A stretch of DNA of 64,000 bases from Candidatus Eiseniibacteriota bacterium (GTDB lineage Bacteria > Eisenbacteria > RBG-16-71-46 > JABDJR01), in the NCBI GenBank assembly GCA_963783375.1, contig CAWANH010000028.1, positions 1,312,001 to 1,376,000 on the forward strand. The letters are read 5' to 3'. Each line of letters begins with the position of its first letter. Position 1 is the stretch's first letter. The notes beneath the pieces were generated by a model, which ran no database searches, had not been told where the DNA came from, and worked only from the letters and a program-made list of their open reading frames with translations. Both the position numbers and the translations under genes were made by a program. This document shows positions 9,339 through 19,052 of the stretch, one piece after another.

Positions 9339-10130
9339 TCAGCGCCGGTTCGGATAGAGCGTCTTGATCCGGCTCCAGGAGACGTCCTCGGTGGGCACCG
9401 AGCCCGCGGGGCCGGCCTTCACCCGGCCGGTGGCGGGGTTCATTCCGAAGTCGTAGTCCCCGATCGCCGTCACCACCAGCGGGAGGTTGTGGTCCATGTC
9501 GCGGATGCAGTAGCCCTGGCCGCTCACCTCCTGGATCATCCAGTCGAGGTCGGCGGTCCACTTGTACTCCAGGGCGCCGGGGGAGTTGATGTGGACGTGG
9601 GCGAGGTAGATGCCGCTGGGCTGGAGAAACGCGTCCCGGCCGAAGGGCGGCGACCAGCTCCCCAGCTCGGGGATGCTCCCCACCACGCACCAGCCGATAT
9701 CGGGCTGGACCAGACGGTCGCTCCAGATCATGTGGGTCACCGGGAGCCAGCCGTCGTCGTAGACGTTGGTGTCGAAGGTGACCAGAACCTCCTGGTTGGC
9801 TTCGGCGAGCCGGACGTGAAGGTTGATGTTGTACCCGTCGGGATACCCGGTGGACCAGGTGAGCGTCCCCACCTTGAACTCGTAGGTCCCGGCCGGGACA
9901 TTGGCGATGACCATCCGGCTCAGAATTCCATCGCCGGCCACCGCGTCGCCCCCGGTGCCGTCGTCCCGGAGGAGGTTCCCGGAGTCGGCGCCCCAGGCGC
10001 CGGGGGTGGCCAACTCGGAGGAGGCCTCGTAGAAGCTCCCGCGCGCGTACCAGTCGGCGGCACGGGCGGGCGCCGAGGTCGCCAGGACGGCCAGCCCGAG
10101 GGGAAGGAACATCAAGAGCGGTCGGCGCAT
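9339..10130 (-). CDS. Secreted protein with carbohydrate-binding-like Ig domains and a C-terminal SWSRIKTLY tail
   Basis: Signal peptide MRRPLLMFLPLGLAVLA..ARA; DDGTGGDAVAGDG motif; GTYEFKV; VVGSIPELGSW (CBM20/X25-like). Confidence 0.75.
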   Translation of the reverse strand: MRRPLLMFLPLGLAVLATSAPARAADWYARGSFYEASSELATPGAWGADSGNLLRDDGTGGDAVAGDGILSRMVIANVPAGTYEFKVGTLTWSTGYPDGYNINLHVRLAEANQEVLVTFDTNVYDDGWLPVTHMIWSDRLVQPDIGWCVVGSIPELGSWSPPFGRDAFLQPSGIYLAHVHINSPGALEYKWTADLDWMIQEVSGQGYCIRDMDHNLPLVVTAIGDYDFGMNPATGRVKAGPAGSVPTEDVSWSRIKTLYPNRR

Positions 10131-10239
10131 GGCGAGGTCTCTTCGATGGGCGGTCGGCGCGGCGGGAACCCCGAGTTCGGGTTCAATGTAGCAAATTGCA
10201 GGGGGAGCCGGAAGCGGGGCGGCACGGTAGGATCCCCCC

Positions 10240-10965
10240 ATGGACGCCGACCCCTGGGGCCCCCTGGGCCTCGCCCTCCTCGACTACTATCAGGGCGACC
10301 GGACCGTCCGGGTCACCGTCCACACCGAGGGGATGAAGACCGAAGACCTCCCCGCCCGGCACTTCTTCCGCGAGCCGGACGACTTCCCCCCCGCCGAGGT
10401 GAACGCGCTCGCGCTCTGCCGGGGGCGGGTGCTCGACGCGGGCGCGGGGGCGGGGGATCACGCCCTGGTCCTCCAGCGCCGGGGCCTCGAGGTGGTCGCC
10501 GTCGACATCTCCCCCCTGGCGGTGGAGATCATGCGGAAGCGCGGGGTCCGGGACGCGCGGCCGGGCGACGTCTTCCGGCTGGACGGCGAGCGTTTCGACA
10601 CCGTTCTCATGATGATGAACGGGATCGGGGTGGTGCGAACCCTCGAGGGTCTCGACCGATTCCTGGAGCACGCATCCGCGCTCCTCGAGCCTCAGGGCGA
10701 AATCCTTTTCGACTCCACCGATCTTCGGCGGAGCCTCGATGTGAACGAACACCGGGCCATGGAGGCGCGCCGGCGCGAGGGGCGCTACGAGGGCGAGGTC
10801 CGCTTCCAGATGGAGTACCGCGGACGGAAGGGCGCCCCCTTCACCTGGCTCTTCGTCGATCCCGAGACCCTGGCCGAGCACGCCGGCCGGCGCGGGTGGC
10901 TGACCCAGGTGGTGTTCGAGGAGGAGGGGGGCGAGTACCTGGCCCGGCTCCGGGCGGCGGTCTGA
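10240..10965 (+). CDS. Class I SAM-dependent methyltransferase
   Basis: GRVLDAGAGAG, VDISPLAV, FDTVLMMMNGIG. Confidence 0.9.
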   Translation: MDADPWGPLGLALLDYYQGDRTVRVTVHTEGMKTEDLPARHFFREPDDFPPAEVNALALCRGRVLDAGAGAGDHALVLQRRGLEVVAVDISPLAVEIMRKRGVRDARPGDVFRLDGERFDTVLMMMNGIGVVRTLEGLDRFLEHASALLEPQGEILFDSTDLRRSLDVNEHRAMEARRREGRYEGEVRFQMEYRGRKGAPFTWLFVDPETLAEHAGRRGWLTQVVFEEEGGEYLARLRAAV

Positions 10966-11049
10966 TCCAGAGCGGCCACCCCGCCCGCGGCGGGCTCCGC
11001 CAGGAGCCGGATCCCGGCCGGCTCGAGCCGGGGGAGGCTCCCTCCCCGC

Positions 11050-11535
11050 TCACGCGATCGCCCCCGGCTTCCCGAGAATCCGCCGGAGCAGCCCGGTCTG
11101 CCCCACGTGATACGCCTCGTGGAAGGCGAAGAGGCCGAGGGCGATCTCCAGCGGCACCGTCTCCTCGGGCCGGACCGGATGGGGGACCGGCTCGGCCAGG
11201 CGCGCGGTGTCGAGGCCCGACACCGCGGCCACGATCCGCTCCTGGGAGCGGTTGAAGGCGCCGAGGATCATCTCGAACCGGTGGCAGTCCGCGTCCTCCC
11301 TCGGGGGTTCGCCGCGGCGGTACCCGCGGGCCTCGTCGTCGGTCCAGAGCGGCGGCCGGCCCAGCCGGCTCAGGATGCCGTTCCGGGTGGCGGTCACGTG
11401 CCCGGCCACGTAGTTGATGGAGCTTCCCCCCGACGGCGGGTGGACCAGGCTTTCGGCGTGGGTGATTCCGTCGACGTTGGCGTTCAGGACCAGGTGGGTG
11501 AAGGCGAGCTGGGAGGCGAGCACCTCGGGCGTCAT
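11050..11535 (-). CDS. DinB/YfiT-like four-helix-bundle metalloprotein
   Basis: INYVAGHV and FHEAYHVGQ motifs. Confidence 0.88.
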   Translation of the reverse strand: MTPEVLASQLAFTHLVLNANVDGITHAESLVHPPSGGSSINYVAGHVTATRNGILSRLGRPPLWTDDEARGYRRGEPPREDADCHRFEMILGAFNRSQERIVAAVSGLDTARLAEPVPHPVRPEETVPLEIALGLFAFHEAYHVGQTGLLRRILGKPGAIA

Positions 11536-11557
11536 CGTGAGTTCCTTTCCGGACGGT

Positions 11558-12427
11558 TCAGCGCAGGAGCGGCACCGTGCCCTGTTCGTCCAGCGGCGCG
11601 TGGAACGACCCGAACTTCGACCCCAGGGTCATGTCGCCGGCCAGCCGGTAGGAGGCGCTCTGTCCCTGGAGGAGGCTCAGGGCGGCCGCCCCCAGTTGAA
11701 GCGGGTTCACGTGGATGGCGAAGTCCACCTCGTTGCTGCCGTCGGCGACCAGGTCCACGGAACGGTCGAGGCTCCCCTGGGCCAGGTCGTGACCGCCGAG
11801 GGTGAGGGCGTAGTCCAGGTCGGACAGGGCGGTGGCGAAGGCGTTCTTGTTTCCCACCAGCAGCGTGAAGTGCCCGTCGGCCGAGGTGGGGGAGAGATTG
11901 TCCCAGCGGATCCGTGCGAGGCTGACGCTCGGCGGCGCGGGGACCGGGAACTCGCCGTGCTTTCGGACCGGCACCGTGACCCGGCCGAGCGCGGGGACGT
12001 CGAAGCCGAGCTGGATGGTCGCGTCGTAGGGGATCACCGCTCCCGGCGACACGCCGGAGAGGGTGTTGAGGACATTGGCGAACCCGAGGGTCACCGGGAT
12101 CGGCACGACCTTCGATCCGTGGCCGGGGATGGACCCCCCGGCCTGGGCGTCGCCGGAAAGGAGCGACTTCCCGTTGCTCGCCAGGCCGAAGGTGACCGCG
12201 CTCAGCGGGATGTCCGGCGAGTAGGGGTTTTCGACCATGACGTCGAAGGTGAGGGTGACCGCCGAGAGGGTGAGCCCGGTGAGCGACACGTCCTGAACCT
12301 TCGCGCTCGGCCGGGGGACGCCCGGCTGGAGCGCGGCGCAGCCGGGGAGGGCGACGAGGAGCAACACGGCCGCGGCGCCGCGGCGAAGGCTTCGGGTGTG
12401 GGCCGGCGGGACGGGTGACGATCGCAT
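11558..12427 (-). CDS. LEA type 2 (WHy) tandem-domain lipoprotein
   Basis: Lipobox ALPGC; two LEA_2-like repeats (VENPYS, VGNKNAF). Confidence 0.8.
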   Translation of the reverse strand: MRSSPVPPAHTRSLRRGAAAVLLLVALPGCAALQPGVPRPSAKVQDVSLTGLTLSAVTLTFDVMVENPYSPDIPLSAVTFGLASNGKSLLSGDAQAGGSIPGHGSKVVPIPVTLGFANVLNTLSGVSPGAVIPYDATIQLGFDVPALGRVTVPVRKHGEFPVPAPPSVSLARIRWDNLSPTSADGHFTLLVGNKNAFATALSDLDYALTLGGHDLAQGSLDRSVDLVADGSNEVDFAIHVNPLQLGAAALSLLQGQSASYRLAGDMTLGSKFGSFHAPLDEQGTVPLLR

Positions 12428-12527
12428 AACTTCATGACTCCTTGATGATTGGCGCGGCGGTGAGCGCCGGCCGAGGCCCCATCTTAGCAAAGCGGCTTCC
12501 CGCCGGGCACAAGGCCCCGGCAAATCC

Positions 12528-12557
12528 TTGAATTACTAAACAAAAATCTGGTACTCT
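12528..12557 (+). promoter_or_regulatory. Sigma70-like promoter of dnaE2 with a candidate operator between -35 and -10
   Basis: TTGAAT-N18-TACTCT; the spacer contains CTAAAC-AAAA-ATCTGG (12536-12551). Confidence 0.45.
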
Positions 12558-12587
12558 GAGAGTCGCCCGCTTCCCCGGGAGACCCCC

Positions 12588-15500
12588 ATGTCGCTCTACG
12601 TTCCCCTCCACGTCCAAAGCGCCTGCTCCCTCGGCCGGGGAACGGCCCCGGTGGACGCGCTGGTCGCCGCCGCCGCCCGCTACGGGCACGACGCCCTGGC
12701 GCTCACCGACCGGAACAACCTCTACGGCGCCGTCCCCTTCACCCGGGCCGCGCGCGAGGCCGGGCTGAAGCCGATCCTGGGCGCCGAGCTGGGCGGCCCC
12801 GAGGGCTTGGTCACCCTGCTCGTCCGGGACGCCGAGGGCTACGCCAACCTCTGCCGGCTTCTCACCCGCCGGGGCCTCGAACCGGGTTTCCGCCTGGTGC
12901 CGGCCCTGGCCGAACTCCACCGGGGCCTCCACGTGCTGGTGGCCGAACCGAAGTTGCTCCGGGCCCTGGCCCGCTTCCTCTCCCGCGAGACCCTGTGGGG
13001 GGAACTCCCCGCGCCGCGCCTGGGGGAACCCGCCTTCGCCGCGGTCGAGGACGCCGCCCTCGCCCTGGGGCTCGAGACCGTGGCCACCGGGGCGATCGTG
13101 ACCCTCGCCCGCGAGGACCACCGGCTCCACGCCACCCTGACCGCGATCCGCGAGAACACCCTGGCCGCGCGGCTCGAAGCCAGGGACCTCGCCCCGCGCG
13201 AGAGCTGGTTCCGGGCGCCGGCCGCCATGGCCTCGATCTTCCGCCGCCGGAGGCGGGCCCTGGCCAACACCCGCCGGATCGCCGACGACTGCCGCTTCAC
13301 CCTGGAGCGCACCCGCTGGATCTTCCCCGACCCGCCTCTGCCCTCCGGCGAGACCGCCGCCTCCCACCTCCGGAAGCTCTGCGAGGCGGGGCTCGTCCGC
13401 CGCTACCCGCAGCATCCAACCGCCGCCCGCCGGCGGCTCACGACCGAGCTTCGCATCATCGACCGGCTGGGCTTCTCGAGCTACTTCGTGGTGGTGGGGG
13501 AGATCGTCCGCTGGGGGCGGGAGCGCGGGATCGCCACCGTGGGGCGGGGGAGCGGGGCCAGCGCGGTGACGTCCTACGTTCTCGGCATCACCAACGTGGA
13601 CCCGGTCCGCTACGGGCTCACCTTCGAGCGCTTCCTCCACGAGAAGCGCCCGGACTGGCCGGACCTCGACGTGGACCTCTGCTGGAAGCGGCGGGACGAG
13701 GTGATCGAGCACGTCTACGCGACCTACGGGCGGGACCGGGTGGCCATGATCTCGACCCACAACACCTTTCAGCCGCGTTCCGCCTTCCGCGAGGCGGCCA
13801 AGGCCCACGGGATCGCCAACGCCGTGGTGAACCGGCTCAGCCGCTGCGTCCCCCACGCCGCCGACGCGCCGCTTCGCGAGGCGCTCCGCGCCGCCCCGCG
13901 CGGGGACGAGATCCCGCGCACCGAGCCTCCCTGGCCGCGGATCCTGGAAGACGCCGAACGGCTGGTGGGGCTCCCGCGCCACCTCGGACTTCACCCCGGG
14001 GGGATCGTGATCTCCGACCGGCCGCTGGCCGAATACGTGCCGCTCCAGGAGGCGGCCAAGGGGATCGTCTCCACCCAGTTCGAGATGCGGGCGATCGAGG
14101 CGGTGGGGTTGGTGAAGATCGATCTCCTCGGAAACCGCGCCCTCTCCACCATCCAGGAAACCGTGGAGCTGGTGGAGGCGCGCCGCGGAGTGCGCCTCGA
14201 CCCCGACCGCTTCCCCCACCAGGACCCGGCCACCGCCGCGCTTCTCGCCACCGGCGACACCCTCGGCGTCTTCCAGATGGAGTCGCCGGGGATGCGGAAC
14301 CTGAACCGGATGCTCGGGACCCGCGACCTCGCCACCACCATCGCCGCGGTGGCGCTCATCCGCCCCGGCCCCGCGGCGAGCGGCATGAAGGAGCGCTTCT
14401 GCCGGCGGGCGCGGGGGAGCGAGCGGCCGGCCTACGCCGACCCGCGGCTCGAGCCGGTGCTCCGCGAGACCCACGGGGTCCCGCTCTACGAGGAGGACGT
14501 GATGCGGGTGGCGGCCGAGGTGGCCGGGGTGTCGCTGGCCGACGGCGACGTGCTCCGCCGGGCCATCGCCGGGACCGACGAGCGGGAGCTGGCGGACCTG
14601 GCGCGCACGTTCATCGCGCGCGCCCGGCGCCGGGGCTACCGGCCCGAAACCGCGGAAGCGATCTGGAACGGGCTCCTCCGCTTCGGCTCCTTCGCCTTCT
14701 GCAAGGCCCACGCCGCGGGCTACGGCATCCTGGCCTGGCAGGCGGGGTGGCTGAAGGCCCACTACCCGATGGAGTTCGCGGCCGCGCTCATGAACCACCA
14801 CGCCGGGATGTACGACAAGCGCACGCACCTGGAAGATGCCCGCCGGCGCGGGGTGCGCGCGCTGCTCCCCGACGTGAACCGCTCCCGGGACACCTTCACC
14901 GCCGACGGCGAGGGGATCCGGATCGGGCTCGAGCGGGTGCGGGGGCTGAGCCTCACCGCCCGCGAGGCGATCCTGGCCGGGCGCGCGCGGCGCCCTTTCG
15001 CCGGGCCCGAGGACCTCGCGAGCCGGGTCGCTCTGGCCCGCCCGGAGCTGGAAGCGCTGGTGCTTGCCGGCGCCTTCGACTTCGCCGGACGCACCCGCCC
15101 CGAGATGCTCTGCGCGGTGGCCTCGGGGTTCGATCTCTTTCGCCGGAGCGGCCGCGAGCGAAGCTCCGGCGGCGACCTCTTCGAGGACGCCGCCCCGGTT
15201 CGCGCCCCGTGGGCCACGCCCCCCCTGCCCGAGTTCAGCCCGGTGGAGCGGCTCTGGCTGGAATGGCACGTGCTCGGCCTCTGCGTGGACGGCCATCCCA
15301 TGGAGGCGTTCCGGGCCGAGCCGGGCGGGCTCCCCCGCGGCACGGTGCCGGTGGCCGACGCCGAGCGGGTGCGCGGACGGCGGGTTGCCGCCGCGGGGAT
15401 CGTGGCCGCGCGCCGCACCGTTCCCACCCGCCAGGGCCGCCGCATGCAGTTCGTCACCCTGGAGGACGAAACCGGCATGATCGAGTGCACCCTCTTCCCC

Positions 15501-15734
15501 GACGCCTACGAGCGTCACCGCGGCGTGGTGCGGAATCTCGGCCCCTACGCGGTCACCGGACGGATCGAGGAGCAGCACGGGGCGCCCACCCTGAACGTGG
15601 AGCGCCTGGTGAAGGTGGCGCTTCCGCCCACCCTGGCCAGGCTCCTGGCCGGGAGCGTCCCGATGTTGGAGGAAGGCGCCGGGGGAGGCTCGGGGCGCGG
15701 CGGGACCGGCTCCGAGGCCTCGGCGACGGCCTGA
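12588..15734 (+). CDS. dnaE2: DNA polymerase III alpha subunit, DnaE2-type (error-prone)
   Basis: PHP domain (LALTDRNNLYG), GRGSGASA, WPDLDVD, KIDLLG, FAFCKAHA, OB fold (FVTLEDETG); short C-terminus. Confidence 0.88.
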   Translation: MSLYVPLHVQSACSLGRGTAPVDALVAAAARYGHDALALTDRNNLYGAVPFTRAAREAGLKPILGAELGGPEGLVTLLVRDAEGYANLCRLLTRRGLEPGFRLVPALAELHRGLHVLVAEPKLLRALARFLSRETLWGELPAPRLGEPAFAAVEDAALALGLETVATGAIVTLAREDHRLHATLTAIRENTLAARLEARDLAPRESWFRAPAAMASIFRRRRRALANTRRIADDCRFTLERTRWIFPDPPLPSGETAASHLRKLCEAGLVRRYPQHPTAARRRLTTELRIIDRLGFSSYFVVVGEIVRWGRERGIATVGRGSGASAVTSYVLGITNVDPVRYGLTFERFLHEKRPDWPDLDVDLCWKRRDEVIEHVYATYGRDRVAMISTHNTFQPRSAFREAAKAHGIANAVVNRLSRCVPHAADAPLREALRAAPRGDEIPRTEPPWPRILEDAERLVGLPRHLGLHPGGIVISDRPLAEYVPLQEAAKGIVSTQFEMRAIEAVGLVKIDLLGNRALSTIQETVELVEARRGVRLDPDRFPHQDPATAALLATGDTLGVFQMESPGMRNLNRMLGTRDLATTIAAVALIRPGPAASGMKERFCRRARGSERPAYADPRLEPVLRETHGVPLYEEDVMRVAAEVAGVSLADGDVLRRAIAGTDERELADLARTFIARARRRGYRPETAEAIWNGLLRFGSFAFCKAHAAGYGILAWQAGWLKAHYPMEFAAALMNHHAGMYDKRTHLEDARRRGVRALLPDVNRSRDTFTADGEGIRIGLERVRGLSLTAREAILAGRARRPFAGPEDLASRVALARPELEALVLAGAFDFAGRTRPEMLCAVASGFDLFRRSGRERSSGGDLFEDAAPVRAPWATPPLPEFSPVERLWLEWHVLGLCVDGHPMEAFRAEPGGLPRGTVPVADAERVRGRRVAAAGIVAARRTVPTRQGRRMQFVTLEDETGMIECTLFPDAYERHRGVVRNLGPYAVTGRIEEQHGAPTLNVERLVKVALPPTLARLLAGSVPMLEEGAGGGSGRGGTGSEASATA

Positions 15735-15812
15735 CCGGGGCGCGGGCGATTCCGGGCCGGGCGGGCCGGCTCCGGCCGTCCCCCGCCGCAACCGGCGCAC
15801 CGGCGCCGGGGG

Positions 15813-16775
15813 CTACCGCCGGCCGGATTCGCCCCAGGCGTACTTTCGCTGCAGGAAGGAGTGGATCCACTCGAAGTCCTGGATGAACTTCGCCCCCATC
15901 TGGGGCATCTGCATGCGGACGAGGATCCGCCCCACCGACGCCGCGTGGGAGGGGACGGTCGGGTCCTCGAGGAGGGCCTGCCAGTAGGTAAGAAGCGCCT
16001 CGCGGTACTCGCTCTCCCCGTCCAGATACAGCCCCTCCTGGTAGAGGGCGGGGGCGAAGGCCGGATGTTCGGCGAGGACGTCGGTGAGAATCTTCCGGGC
16101 TTCGGGCTTCTTTCCCTCGTCGAGAAATATCGAGGCGCGGAGCACCCGGGCCGCCGGGAAGTCGGAGCGGATCCGAAGGGCCCGCTCCGCCCCCCGCTCC
16201 GCCTCGGCCAACGCCCCCGCGCGCCGCGCCGCGTCGCCGTAGAGGTACCAGAGGGCGGCCTGGGTGGAGTCCCTCTCCAGGGCCTCCTGGAAATCCTGTA
16301 CGGCCTCGGCATGGTTCTCCAGGTGCATGGCGCGGATGCCCCGGAGCGCGGCCTCGCCGGTGTCGGGAAGGGAGTAGCCGGCCCGGGCGGCGGCCAGGCC
16401 GAGGGCCTCGTTCATGTCGCGATCGGCCCCGGCAAAATCGCTCAGGGACGTATGGGCGATCCCCAGGAAGAGCACCGGGCCGGGGTGATCCGGCTCCAAC
16501 GCCGCCGCCTGCTCCAGTTCCTGGATGGCCTCACGGGGCTCGTCATCGATGAGGATCACCCCCAGCCGGTAGTGGGCGGGGAAGGACTTGGTGTCCTTCT
16601 CCAGGATCGTTTCGAGGGTGGCGCGCATGCCGGCGAGGTTTCCCTTCGACCACTGCTCGTCGGCTCGCTTCAGGGCGTCGGTGTCGGCGAGGGCGTTTCC
16701 CGCCGAGGTTCCCTTCCCGCACCCCCAGCCCAGGGCCACGAGCGCGAGGATCAGGATGCCGAGGTTCCGGGTCAT
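15813..16775 (-). CDS. TPR-repeat lipoprotein
   Basis: Lipobox-like LGWGC; multiple TPR helices. Confidence 0.8.
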   Translation of the reverse strand: MTRNLGILILALVALGWGCGKGTSAGNALADTDALKRADEQWSKGNLAGMRATLETILEKDTKSFPAHYRLGVILIDDEPREAIQELEQAAALEPDHPGPVLFLGIAHTSLSDFAGADRDMNEALGLAAARAGYSLPDTGEAALRGIRAMHLENHAEAVQDFQEALERDSTQAALWYLYGDAARRAGALAEAERGAERALRIRSDFPAARVLRASIFLDEGKKPEARKILTDVLAEHPAFAPALYQEGLYLDGESEYREALLTYWQALLEDPTVPSHAASVGRILVRMQMPQMGAKFIQDFEWIHSFLQRKYAWGESGRR

Positions 16776-17004
16776 GACGAGGCCTCCTTGCCGGTCCGGA
16801 CCGCCCGCGAGGCCGCCACGACGGGGATATCGCGAGCGACCCGGGGCACGGGGTCGGAGAGACGCTAGGAACGATACCGGGCCGCGTCAAGAGCGGCCCC
16901 ATCACGATCCGACGGCCATCCGTTCCATCGTGCGACGCGCGCCCAGGAATGGCGCGGACCACAGAGCATGCTACAATCCGCGGTCCGCAAACGCGAGCGG
17001 GAGG

Positions 17005-17385
17005 ATGCCGGACGTGACGAACTGGACGCGGGGGCTCGCCGCCATGCTGTTCCTGACCGCAGCGGCCGCTTTTCCCCTGGGATGCTCCAAGAAAGTGGAT
17101 CCGCGACTCACCGGGCTTCCCGGCTATCCGGTCTACCGGAAGTACTGCAAGCGCTGCCACGGGGCCGACGGGGCCGCGAGCAAGGCCTCCCGGGTGGCCG
17201 AACGGCCGGTGGATCTCGCCGCCCCCGCATTTCGCGACAGCACCACCCTGGAGTCCCTGGAGCGGGTGATCGCGACGGGGAAGGGGAAGATGAAGGGCTA
17301 CGACGAAAAGCTCGGCCCCGGGGAGATCGCGGCGGTGGCCCGTTTCGTCCGCGCGCTGTCGGGGCCGGACATCCGGCCGAAGTAG
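17005..17385 (+). CDS. Class I c-type cytochrome (lipoprotein)
   Basis: PLGC lipobox, YCKRCHG heme motif, distal Met in KGKMKGY. Confidence 0.88.
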   Translation: MPDVTNWTRGLAAMLFLTAAAAFPLGCSKKVDPRLTGLPGYPVYRKYCKRCHGADGAASKASRVAERPVDLAAPAFRDSTTLESLERVIATGKGKMKGYDEKLGPGEIAAVARFVRALSGPDIRPK

Positions 17386-17494
17386 AGACGCCGCCCTTGG
17401 GCCGGTGCGGCCCTGGGACCAGCGTCCCTCCGCCCCGGCGCTCGGATCGCGCCGGCAGGCGACGACCGTCACCCAGCACGACCGTATCCGAGGT

Positions 17495-18802
17495 TCACCC
17501 GGGTAAATTCCCCGCCACACGCGCCCCGCGCTCCGGCACGCGCCGCAGAAGGAGCGCTCCCGCCACCACCATGATGGCCAGGGTGCCAACCGCGAGCCGG
17601 TAGCGAGCCGGCCCCAGCCCGCCCCCCGCCAGCACGATGACCCCCCAGATCAGCGGCCCCACCACCGCCGATGCCTTGTTGGTGAAGGCGTAGAGCCCGA
17701 AGAGCCGGCCCTCCTCCCCCGGCGGGGTCAGGGTCAAGAGGAGCGGGCGCGACGCCGTCCACAGGGAGCCGAGGAGCGCTCCAATGAATCCCCCGATCAC
17801 GTAAAACACGACCACCGAGGGCACCAGGGCCACGGCCAGAAGACACCCCGCCCAGAGCCACGCCGTGGCCAGAAGCGTTCGGTGGGCGCCGATCCGGTCC
17901 ACCACCCATCCGGCCAGGAACGAGCCTCCGATGGCCGGGATCGTGGCCAGCATGAAGAACACCACCTTGGCGCTGTCCGGCATTCCCAGCACCTTCTGGG
18001 CGTAGACCGCCATGAAGATGATCACCGTCTGCACCGCGTCCAGGATGAGGAGGTTGGCGGCGAGGAAGGTCAACACCCCGGGATAGCGGCGGGAATCGGC
18101 CAGGGTGGCGCGGATCTCCCCCAGGGCCTCCCGCCAGGAGGGGCGCGGCCCGGCCGGGCCCGGCTGTTCCCGCACCCGGAGGAAGATCGGAAGCGCGAAC
18201 AGCGCGAAGAGGGCGGCGGTGGGAATGAAAGCCGCCGACCGGCCCCCGGCATGCACCCCGGGAAGGCCGAGGTTCAGGATCGGCATCTTCCCCTCGACGA
18301 AGGGGGTCACCAGCAGCATGCCGATGAAGGAGCCGGCGTACCCCAGCGCGACCCCGAACCCGCTTACCCGTCCCCGGGTCTCCGGCCGGCTCACCGCGGG
18401 GAGGAGCGCGTTGTAGAAGACGAGCCCGCCCTGGAAAGCGTAGTTGGAGAGGGCGAAGACGGCCAGGGCAAGGACGAGGCCCGGGAGCCCGGGAAGTTGC
18501 GTCACCCATCCCAGGCTTGCGGTGGCTCCCACCGAGACCGCGGTGAAGATTCCCAAGAACACGAGCCGCCGCCCGCCTCGATCCGACCAGAGGCCCAGGT
18601 AGGGGAGGGTGAGGGCCACCAGGGCCATCGACCCGCCGTAGAAGAGGCTGTACCAGAGATCCTCCCGCCCCCGGTCCACCGTGACCCACTGGGCGAAGAA
18701 GAGCGTGATCACGTTCATCGAGTAGATCGTGTTGGCCAGATCGTAGAGGGCCCAGGCCACCGGGCCTCGAGGCGGGGATGGGGGGGAGCCGGAGCCAGCC
18801 AT
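17495..18802 (-). CDS. MFS transporter (UMF1/Atg22-like)
   Basis: WALYDLAN, FYNALLP, RVSGFGVALGY, FGLYA; about 12 TM. Confidence 0.9.
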   Translation of the reverse strand: MAGSGSPPSPPRGPVAWALYDLANTIYSMNVITLFFAQWVTVDRGREDLWYSLFYGGSMALVALTLPYLGLWSDRGGRRLVFLGIFTAVSVGATASLGWVTQLPGLPGLVLALAVFALSNYAFQGGLVFYNALLPAVSRPETRGRVSGFGVALGYAGSFIGMLLVTPFVEGKMPILNLGLPGVHAGGRSAAFIPTAALFALFALPIFLRVREQPGPAGPRPSWREALGEIRATLADSRRYPGVLTFLAANLLILDAVQTVIIFMAVYAQKVLGMPDSAKVVFFMLATIPAIGGSFLAGWVVDRIGAHRTLLATAWLWAGCLLAVALVPSVVVFYVIGGFIGALLGSLWTASRPLLLTLTPPGEEGRLFGLYAFTNKASAVVGPLIWGVIVLAGGGLGPARYRLAVGTLAIMVVAGALLLRRVPERGARVAGNLPG

Positions 18803-19052
18803 GGGCGGGAGTCTATGAACCGCGGCCCGGGGTCGCAAGGGTCGGGCGGGGACGCGGCCGCGGCGCCCATGGGCGCCGGCGAATGCCCGGAAGTCCGGTG
18901 TCCGCTGCGTCGAGGCCTCGGAGGGGCGGGCGGTGGGGCACGGACGGCGCCGTGGCGGCCGGGGGACGGAACCGATACCCTTGCCCGATCCCCGCCTGCG
19001 TTCATGCGGGGCCCGGGAACGACGACCGGAACGGCGGACCGGCTGGATGGCC

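Noticed and set aside
12432-15886. Very long alternative-frame ORFs (1122 aa and 963 aa) and similar shadow ORFs across the window (e.g. 40012..42921, 44991..47510, 61401..63797)
   Set aside because: Typical stop-poor antisense or off-frame ORFs of high-GC DNA overlapping well-supported genes; Arg/Pro/Gly-rich with no motifs
17493-17510. TTCACCCGGGTAAA, similar to the repeat core, at the MFS stop codon
   Set aside because: Only the palindromic core matches and the TTGCGAACAT leader is absent; may be chance
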